A stretch of 32,000 bases of DNA, taken from the NCBI RefSeq assembly GCF_000940845.1, contig NZ_CP010341.1, forward strand, positions 180,001-212,000, read 5' to 3'. The stretch comes from Propionibacterium freudenreichii subsp. freudenreichii. Its GTDB lineage: Bacteria > Actinomycetota > Actinomycetes > Propionibacteriales > Propionibacteriaceae. The position numbers and the translations under genes were made by a program. Under the pieces are notes generated by a model. That model made no database searches, was not told the DNA's origin, and was given only the letters and a program-made list of their open reading frames with translations. Numbering within the stretch: the first letter of the stretch is position 1; each line of letters starts with the position of its first letter. Positions 25,455 to 32,000 of this stretch are shown piece after piece.

Positions 25455-26297
25455 ATGATCATTCCCACCACACCCACCCCCACCGTCGAACTGTCAGGCG
25501 GCACCAGGATGCCGATGCTCGGCATGGGCACCTGGCCGCTGAAGGGCGAGGAGTGCCGCGCCGCCGTGGCCAGCGCCATCGAGCAGGGCTACCGGCTGGT
25601 CGACACCGCTGAGGCCTACGGCAACGAGGAGGCCGTCGGCAAGGCGGTGCGTGAGGCCGGCCCCGATCGCGCCGAGATCTTCGTCACCACCAAGTTCTCC
25701 AAGCAGTGGCACAGCAGGAAGGGCGTGCATGAGGCCCTGGAGCATTCCCTGGAGCGCCTCGGGCTCGATTACGTCGACCTGTTCCTGATGCACTGGCCGA
25801 TGCCCGGCGAGGGCAGCTACGTTGACGCCTACCGCGGCATGGTCGAGCTCAAGGAACAGGGCCTGGCCAAGGCGATCGGCGTCTCCAACTTCAAGGTGCA
25901 CCACCTCGACGACCTGATCACCGAGGGCATGACCCCCGAGGTGAACCAGATCCAGCTCGACCCCTCGCGTCCGCGCCTGGAGGTGCGCGACTTCCTCGAC
26001 AACCACGACATCGTCACCGAGGCATGGAGCCCGCTGGGACGTGGCGCCGACGGCGTGCTCAATGCGCCGGCCGTGCTGGACGCCGCCAAGAAGCACGGCA
26101 TCACGCCGGCCGCTGCGGTGCTGGCCTGGGAACTCAACCAGGGGATCGTCACGATTCCGAAGTCGGCGAACCCCGAGCACCAGCGCACGAACCTCGAGGC
26201 AATCGGCGTCGAGCTGTCGGCCCAGGAGATGAAGGCCATCGACGCGTTGGCCGATCCGAACGCCAAGATCGACGATTCCGACAAGACCGGCAACTGA
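25455..26297 (+). CDS. Aldo/keto reductase (2,5-diketo-D-gluconate reductase-like)
   Basis: MPMLGMGTW, GYRLVDTAEAYGNEEAVG, IFVTTK, DLFLMHWP, GVSNF, QIQLDP, EAWSPLG and IPKSANPEHQRTNL. AGGAAGGA Shine-Dalgarno before the ATG. Confidence 0.9.
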   Translation: MIIPTTPTPTVELSGGTRMPMLGMGTWPLKGEECRAAVASAIEQGYRLVDTAEAYGNEEAVGKAVREAGPDRAEIFVTTKFSKQWHSRKGVHEALEHSLERLGLDYVDLFLMHWPMPGEGSYVDAYRGMVELKEQGLAKAIGVSNFKVHHLDDLITEGMTPEVNQIQLDPSRPRLEVRDFLDNHDIVTEAWSPLGRGADGVLNAPAVLDAAKKHGITPAAAVLAWELNQGIVTIPKSANPEHQRTNLEAIGVELSAQEMKAIDALADPNAKIDDSDKTGN

Positions 26298-26358
26298 GCC
26301 GGTCGGCTGTATGTGTGGCGCCCGGCGCGGTCTTGACCGGGGTCCCTCGGGACGGCCT

Positions 26359-26435
26359 GCAGCAAGAGCAAGGACCCACGTCCGGTGGCGAGCGGGTGAC
26401 AACCCGCCGTCGGACATGGGTCCTTGTTGCTGTGC
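26359..26435. terminator. Long (~77 nt) imperfect hairpin in the convergent gap between the AKR and ABC permease genes
   Basis: GCAGCAAGAGCAAGGACCCACGTCCGGTGGCGAGCGGGT-GACA-ACCCGCCGTCGGACATGGGTCCTTGTTGCTGTGC. The arms pair over most positions, including the CAAGGACCCA/TGGGTCCTTG and GCGGGT/ACCCGC blocks, with a few bulges. Confidence 0.5.
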
Positions 26436-26450
26436 CAACTGGTGGGTCGG

Positions 26451-28904
26451 CTACTCGGTGGCCAGTGCCGCCGAGGGAGAGATGCGGTTGGCCCGCGATG
26501 CGGGGATCAACGAGGCCAACCATCCGGCCGCCACCGCGATCACGCCGATGGCCGCCAGGCGCACCCACGGCAGTCCCGCCACGAACGGGGTGCTGGTGAT
26601 GGAGCCAAGCATGACCTTCGCGCCGATCAGGCCATAGGCCACGCCGAGAGCCAGGCCGAGCGCCGCGGCAACCACGGCGATCATCACCGCCTCCCAGCTG
26701 ATCATTGACCGCACCTGGCGGCGGGTCATGCCCAGCGCCCGCAACAGGCCGATTTCCTGAGTGCGCTCCAGCACCGACAACCCCAATGTGTTGGCCACAC
26801 CGATCACGGCGATCGCCACGGCCACCGCCAACAGGCCCACGGCCACGGCCAGGACGATGTCGATCATCTGCCCGAACTGGGCACGTGCCTGGGCGCCGCT
26901 GTCGATGGACGAATGTCCCAGGTTGCCGATCGCCTTGCCCAGGTCGGTGGTCACGGTGTTCACGTTCGCGCCCGCCTTGTACTGCACCCAGGCACTGTCG
27001 GGGGCATCGGCGTCGATCTTGTTCAGCACGGTGGTGCTGACGATCAACGTCGGGGCGTAGTCGTCGGACACCTTGGCGGTGAGCTGCACCGTGGTGCCGG
27101 CGGTGCCCTTGATGGTCACCGTCTCGCCATCGTGGAGGCTCGTGTCGGAGGTGCGGACGGTGTTGTCGTCCAGGTTCTCGTAGCGCTGGGGGAAGTGCGT
27201 CAGGTGCGCGGCGGCGTTGTCAACGCCATCCACCTTGCGCTCGGTGTTCGTGGTGCCATAGCTCACATCGGCGGTGGTGCTGGGCACCAGGGCGGCGTCC
27301 TGCACGCCATCGGTGGCCTTGATCCTGGTCAGGGTCTGCTCGTCGACGCTCTTGACGGCTGACACCACCGCATCCTGCGGGTAGGTGGCCGACAGATAAC
27401 GGTCGAGGCTGGCCTGCGACGCGGAGGCACCGACGGTCAGCAGCGTGATGAGCGTCACGCCCACCAACAGCGCATTGGCGGTGGCCGCGGCGCGTCCGGG
27501 ATTGCGGCGGGTGTTGCCCACCGCGAGGTCACCCGACACGCTCGACTTGGCCAGCGGCGTGCCAATGAGCCGGGCCAGTGCGGGGATCAGGCCGCGACCC
27601 ACCAGCAATACGCCGATGAAGCTGAGCAGGCCGCCGCCGATGGCGATCACCAGTCCGCTCATGCCCGAGTTGGGCTTGGCGCGCACCATGCCCATGGCCA
27701 ACATCGCGGCACCACCGGCCACCAGCAGCACGCCGATGATGGCGCGCACGATGCCCAGGCGCTTGGCCTTGCCGACGGCCAGTTCGGGACGCATGGCGGC
27801 CAGGGGAGCCACCCGCGTGGCCTTGCGCGCCGGCGAGATCGACGCGGCCAGGGTGATGAGCACGCCCACCACGAGCGGCACGATCACCGCTGCGGGTGAA
27901 ATGGAGAACGCCAGCGGGATCTGCGCACCCTTCGAGGCCAGCGGGATCAGCGCGGCGGCCAGGCCGAAGCCGGCCAGGATGCCTGCCACGGAACCGACCA
28001 GGCCCAGGAGCGCGGCTTCACCGAAGACCATGCCGAACACCTGGTTGCGGGTTGCTCCCACGCAGCGCAGCAGGGCCAGCTGGCGCACGCGTTGGGCCAC
28101 CAGGATCGAGAAGGTGTTGGCGATCACGATGATGCCCACGAACAGGGCGATCGCGGCGAAGCCGAGCAGCACGTACTGGATGGAGTTGGTGCTGCCGGTC
28201 ATCTGCTTCATGGCCGCCTTCACCTCGTCCTGCCCGGTGCGCACGGTCAGCTGGGCGTCCGAGACGCCCTGGGCCGACTGCACCGCATCGCGCAGCGCGG
28301 TGTCGTCGCCGTTGCCGTAGAGCAGCACCAGGTTGTAGCCATTGGTGGACGCCATGGCCATGGCCTGCTCGGTGGGGGCGAAGACCCAGCTGGCGAGCGG
28401 CTGGGTGACCGCGTCGTTGCCGGCGTTGATGATGCCGACGACGGTCTCGTCGAAGGTCTGGTTGTCGAAGGTCTCCAGCGTCACCTTGTCGCCCAGCTTG
28501 AGGTGATAGGCGTCGGCGGCTGACTTGCTGATGCTCACCTGGCCATCACCCTTGGCGAGCGTGCCCTCGAACAGCGTGGTCTCGGAGCTCAGGTCGGGCT
28601 GCGAGCTGATCAGCGCCCGGTTGTCCTGGCCGTCGACCTGCAGGGTGGCGCTGCCCTGCACGATCTTCTTCGCACGGGTGATGCCCGGCACCTTGCTGAC
28701 GGTATCGGCCTGCTGCGGGGTCACCGGGGTGTAGGTGTTTTCCGAGGGGCTGACGGCAACCTTCGCGTCGCCCACCATGCCGGCGACCAGCTTGGTCATG
28801 CCGGCGTTCAACGAGGCGCTGAACACGAAGGTGGCGGCCACGAAGGCCACCCCCAACAGGATCGCGATGCCTGCGCTGATGAGTTGTCGTGGCTGGCGCA
28901 GCAT
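26451..28904 (-). CDS. ABC transporter permease, MacB/FtsX type with two FtsX modules (817 aa)
   Basis: Two copies of the FtsX pattern: a TM helix, a large extracytoplasmic domain, then three TM helices. The characteristic strings are RVRQLALLRCVGATRNQV and RTQEIGLLRALGMTRRQV. The ATG overlaps the ATPase stop by 1 nt (ATGA at 28904). Confidence 0.88.
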   Translation of the reverse strand: MLRQPRQLISAGIAILLGVAFVAATFVFSASLNAGMTKLVAGMVGDAKVAVSPSENTYTPVTPQQADTVSKVPGITRAKKIVQGSATLQVDGQDNRALISSQPDLSSETTLFEGTLAKGDGQVSISKSAADAYHLKLGDKVTLETFDNQTFDETVVGIINAGNDAVTQPLASWVFAPTEQAMAMASTNGYNLVLLYGNGDDTALRDAVQSAQGVSDAQLTVRTGQDEVKAAMKQMTGSTNSIQYVLLGFAAIALFVGIIVIANTFSILVAQRVRQLALLRCVGATRNQVFGMVFGEAALLGLVGSVAGILAGFGLAAALIPLASKGAQIPLAFSISPAAVIVPLVVGVLITLAASISPARKATRVAPLAAMRPELAVGKAKRLGIVRAIIGVLLVAGGAAMLAMGMVRAKPNSGMSGLVIAIGGGLLSFIGVLLVGRGLIPALARLIGTPLAKSSVSGDLAVGNTRRNPGRAAATANALLVGVTLITLLTVGASASQASLDRYLSATYPQDAVVSAVKSVDEQTLTRIKATDGVQDAALVPSTTADVSYGTTNTERKVDGVDNAAAHLTHFPQRYENLDDNTVRTSDTSLHDGETVTIKGTAGTTVQLTAKVSDDYAPTLIVSTTVLNKIDADAPDSAWVQYKAGANVNTVTTDLGKAIGNLGHSSIDSGAQARAQFGQMIDIVLAVAVGLLAVAVAIAVIGVANTLGLSVLERTQEIGLLRALGMTRRQVRSMISWEAVMIAVVAAALGLALGVAYGLIGAKVMLGSITSTPFVAGLPWVRLAAIGVIAVAAGWLASLIPASRANRISPSAALATE

Positions 28905-29842
28905 CAGGCGTCACCGGCCTGGCGCTTGAGTCCGGTGCCGTTGGCGTCGTCGGGGCGCTGCGGGGTGGCCGCCGGCGCCTGCGGGGCAGGCATCTGGGGC
29001 GGTGGCATCTGGGGATTGGGCATCTGCGGGGTCGGCATCTGCGGGGGAGTCGACGGCGCCGGCGCATAGTTCGTGGCACCCGCGACGGCGCCGGCGGTGA
29101 AGCCGGTGGTCGGCACGGGGGTCTGCCCGGCCACCGGGTGGTTCACCGGCTCGTCGGAGACGATGCGTCCGTCGGCCAGGCGCAGCACGCGGTCGGAGAA
29201 GCCGGCGGCGTGCGCGTCGTGGGTAACCATCACGATGGTCTGGCCCAACTCATGGACGCTGCGCGACAGGAAGTCCAGCAGCTCATTGCTGGCGGCGGAA
29301 TCGAGGGCGCCGGTGGGCTCATCGGCGAAGATCACCTCGGGACGCGTGATGAGTGCGCGTGCGACGGCGACGCGCTGCTGCTGGCCGCCCGACAGCTCGG
29401 CGGGACGATGGCTGAGCCGGTCCTGCAGGCCGAGCACCTTCACGATCGTGTCGAGCCATTGCCTGTCGGGCTTGCTGTGGGCCAGCTTGAGCGGCAGCAG
29501 GATGTTCTGCTCGGCGGTCATCGTGGGCAGCAGGTTGAACGCCTGGAACACGAATCCGACGCGTTCGCGCCGCAACAGCGTGAGGTTGGTGTCGCTCAGC
29601 GAGGTGGCGTCCACCTGGCCGATGAACACCTGTCCACTGGTGGGGGTGTCGAGGCCGGCAGCACAGTGCATCAGCGTCGACTTGCCCGAACCGGAGGGGC
29701 CCATGATGGCGGTGAACTGGCCGCGGATGAACTCGACGCTCACATCGTCCAGGGCGGTCACCTGTGTGTCACCCTGCCCGTAGATCTTCGTGAGGTGCAC
29801 GGTGCGCACCGCGGCCGTTGTCGGCTGCGTCATGGTCGTCAT
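28904..29842 (-). CDS. ABC transporter ATP-binding protein (MacB/LolD-like) with Pro-rich C-terminal tail
   Basis: Walker A GPSGSGKST, Q-loop, signature LSGGQQQRVAVARAL, Walker B VIFADEPTGALD, and H-loop VTHD. AAGGAGAA Shine-Dalgarno. The C-terminal ~75 aa are low complexity and include PQMPTPQMPNPQMPPPQMP. Confidence 0.92.
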   Translation of the reverse strand: MTTMTQPTTAAVRTVHLTKIYGQGDTQVTALDDVSVEFIRGQFTAIMGPSGSGKSTLMHCAAGLDTPTSGQVFIGQVDATSLSDTNLTLLRRERVGFVFQAFNLLPTMTAEQNILLPLKLAHSKPDRQWLDTIVKVLGLQDRLSHRPAELSGGQQQRVAVARALITRPEVIFADEPTGALDSAASNELLDFLSRSVHELGQTIVMVTHDAHAAGFSDRVLRLADGRIVSDEPVNHPVAGQTPVPTTGFTAGAVAGATNYAPAPSTPPQMPTPQMPNPQMPPPQMPAPQAPAATPQRPDDANGTGLKRQAGDA

Positions 29843-30196
29843 GATTCTCCTTGTCAGGTCCGGGCCGGTTGGTCCGGGGAAGCTGGATCAGGTTCGAAGG
29901 GGCGGGCTGCGTGGCGTGCTGGCATCAGCACCGCCTGCGCACCGGACATCGGGCGCCGGCAGCACACTGCCCCGACCTTCGCATCAACTCTGACAGCGCG
30001 ACCCCTCGGCGCACATCGGGCGCAGGTCGGGTTCTTGTCTCCTCCTCAGGGGGGAGGCTCTCAGGGAAGCGCCCCAAAAGTGGAGGTATCCACAGGGTCG
30101 CGGAAATTCGACGGGCGCCTTGTGGAAGGGTCGCGTCGTCAGACGAGTTGTGTGGACGAGTCGTGTACCGGCGGGATCGGGTCCGCTCGAACGCGC

Positions 30197-30883
30197 TCAG
30201 CCGCGCGGGTGCACCAGGCCGGCGTCGTAGGCGAAGACCACCATGTGCACCCGGTCGCGCAGCTCCAGCTTGGCCAGGATGTGGCCGATATGGGTCTTCA
30301 CGGTGGCGCCGCCCAGGAACAGCGTCTCGGCGATCTCGGTGTTGTTGAGCCCCTGGCCCACCAGCGTGAGCACCTCGCGCTCGCGGTCGGTCAGCGCCTC
30401 CAGCCGCTTCTTGGTGTCGCCCCCCGACTGGGCAGTGGGCAGCGTGGGCACGAAGCGCTCAAGCAGGCGTCGGGTGGCGCTGGGTGCCACCACGGAGTCG
30501 CCCGAGGCCACGGCCCGGATGGCGGCCAGCAGCTCGGTGGGTCCGGCGTCCTTCAGCAGGAAGCCCGAGGCGCCGGCCTGCAGCGCCGAATAGACATATT
30601 CGTCGAGGTCGAAGGTGGTGAGGATCAGCACGCGGGTGTCGCTGCCGGCCACGATCTCGCTGGTGGCGGCCACCCCGTCGAGCACGGGCATCCGGATGTC
30701 CATCAGGGCGACGTCGGGGGCCTGTCCGGGTGCGGCCCGCAGCACCGCATCGACGGCGTCGCGGCCATTGGGGGCCTCGGCGACCACGGTCATATCGGGT
30801 TGGGAGTCGAGCACCATGCGGAATCCCACCCGCACCATCTCCTGGTCGTCGGCCAGCAGCAGCCGGATCGGCTCATCGGGCAT
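30197..30883 (-). CDS. NarL/LuxR-family response regulator
   Basis: Receiver strings IRLLLADDQEMVRVGF...ALMDIRMPVLDG and the C-terminal HTH LTDREREVLTLVGQGLNNTEIAETLFLGGATVKTHIGHILAKL. The ATG at 30883 follows GGGGAGAAG and overlaps the kinase gene end by 11 nt. Confidence 0.9.
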   Translation of the reverse strand: MPDEPIRLLLADDQEMVRVGFRMVLDSQPDMTVVAEAPNGRDAVDAVLRAAPGQAPDVALMDIRMPVLDGVAATSEIVAGSDTRVLILTTFDLDEYVYSALQAGASGFLLKDAGPTELLAAIRAVASGDSVVAPSATRRLLERFVPTLPTAQSGGDTKKRLEALTDREREVLTLVGQGLNNTEIAETLFLGGATVKTHIGHILAKLELRDRVHMVVFAYDAGLVHPRG

Positions 30884-32000
30884 TGTCTTCTCCCCTGCGA
30901 CCATTGTCGTTCCCCCTGCGATGCGTGTCCGGGCGTGGACCTGCCGCCTGGGCGGCGGCGGATTGATCGCCCACCGGCAGCGTAGCGATCACCTCGAACC
31001 CGCCGTCGAGGCGATTGCGCGCCGTCAGCGTGCCGTGCGACGAGGCGACGCGTTCGCGCATGCCGATCAGGCCGTGCCCCAGGCCATCATTGTCCAGGGT
31101 GCCCTGGCCGTCATCGCGCACCCAGATGGTGAGTCCGGACGGGTCGTGGATGAGGCGCACCCAGGCCTGTGCGCCGGGTCCGGCGTGCTTGATCACATTG
31201 GTCAGTGACTCCTGCACGATGCGGTAGGCGGCCGCTTGCTGGGCGGGGCCGAGCGGGGCGTGCCATGCGGGGTCGCCGTCGATCGTGAGCTCGACGGGCA
31301 GCCCGGAGTTCGCCGTGGACGCCACCAGCTGGGGGATGTCGTCGAGTTGGGGTTGGGGCGCCATCTCGACGCTCTCGCCGTCGCGCAGCGCGCCCACCAG
31401 GGCGCGGGTGTCGCGTAACGCGGTGCGGGCCGTCTGTCCGATGGTGTCGAGAGCGCCGCGGGCCTGTTCCACCTGGGCGGCAGGGTCGCCGGGTTGGTCG
31501 AGCGCGTAGCGAATCCCGTCGGTCTGCACCACGATCACGCTGAGGGAGTGGGCCACCACGTCGTGCATCTCGCGTGAGATGCGGGAGCGCTCCTGCTCGG
31601 CGGCCAGCTCGGCAAAGCGGTCGCGTTCGCGTTCCAGGGCCTCGGCGCGGTCACGCAAGGATGCCACGGTGGCATGGCGTTCCCGGTTGAAGGCCCCCAG
31701 CAGCCAGCTGGCGAGCACCAAGGCCGACAGGCCGAGGAAGTTGAAGATGGCGACGGTCAGGAACTGTTCGAGGCCGTTGCCCTGATAGCTCCACCGCAGC
31801 CCGGCGGCCGCCGCGGCGAGGATTCCGACGCCCAGCCAGATGCGTCCGGCGCGCTGCGAGCCGTGCACCGCCACGGCATACATCATCATGATCACCGTGA
31901 TGTTGCCCGGCATCGGTTGCGAGGTGACCACCAGCTGCACCACATGGGGGATCAGCAGCAGCCAACAGGCCAGCACGGGACGGGTGCGCCGCCAGATCAT
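30873..32000 (-). CDS. Sensor histidine kinase, HisKA_3 (NarX/DesK/LiaS-like) type; 5' end beyond the window
   Basis: H-box ISREMHDVVAHSLSVIVVQTDG, then QESLTNVIKHAG, VRDDGQG and GHGLIGMRERV. An N-terminal multi-TM region is present. The ORF is open to the window edge at 32000. Confidence 0.88.
   Translation of the reverse strand: MIWRRTRPVLACWLLLIPHVVQLVVTSQPMPGNITVIMMMYAVAVHGSQRAGRIWLGVGILAAAAAGLRWSYQGNGLEQFLTVAIFNFLGLSALVLASWLLGAFNRERHATVASLRDRAEALERERDRFAELAAEQERSRISREMHDVVAHSLSVIVVQTDGIRYALDQPGDPAAQVEQARGALDTIGQTARTALRDTRALVGALRDGESVEMAPQPQLDDIPQLVASTANSGLPVELTIDGDPAWHAPLGPAQQAAAYRIVQESLTNVIKHAGPGAQAWVRLIHDPSGLTIWVRDDGQGTLDNDGLGHGLIGMRERVASSHGTLTARNRLDGGFEVIATLPVGDQSAAAQAAGPRPDTHRRGNDNGRRGEDNAR

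Overview
This window is a visibly GC-rich, actinobacterial-type chromosomal segment; third codon positions are almost always G/C. The protein strings would fit a Propionibacteriales-like organism, but taxonomy cannot be verified without a search. Gene content looks like core chromosome rather than an accessory island.

I call 24 protein-coding genes:
- the serS 3' part, a GPP34-family protein, and a PTS EIIB-EIIC-EIIA-EIIA permease
- a beta-CASP MBL-fold hydrolase translationally coupled to an OmpR-type response regulator and histidine kinase
- a CueP-like lipoprotein, tpx, and a sirtuin
- two LCP cell-wall ligase paralogues, argG, a quinone oxidoreductase, and a small membrane protein
- a VanZ/RDD membrane protein, an SDR coupled to a glycerophosphodiesterase, aroE, a 7-bladed lactonase, and an aldo/keto reductase
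- a MacB/FtsX-type ABC exporter pair, and a NarL/LuxR-type two-component system that runs off the right edge

I also call three tRNAs (Ser-TGA, Ser-GCT, Arg-ACG) and several stem-loop terminators.

I saw no transposase, integrase, CRISPR array, rRNA, or recognisable defence or toxin-antitoxin system. I cannot honestly claim a clear novel multi-gene system.

The observations most worth a second look are:
1. A pair of ~210-240 bp imperfect inverted repeats, each built of two hairpin modules, brackets the second LCP gene and two tRNA genes.
2. The PTS gene carries two EIIA domains, and ~300 bp of their DNA is virtually identical.
3. A 28-bp palindrome-containing tandem array lies in the cueP-like/tpx divergent promoter region.
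4. The beta-CASP nuclease, response regulator and histidine kinase are joined by GTGA start/stop overlaps.
5. A 650-bp gene-free convergent gap contains an array of degenerate 16-bp repeats.

All functional calls rest on motif recognition by eye. No similarity search or folding program was run.
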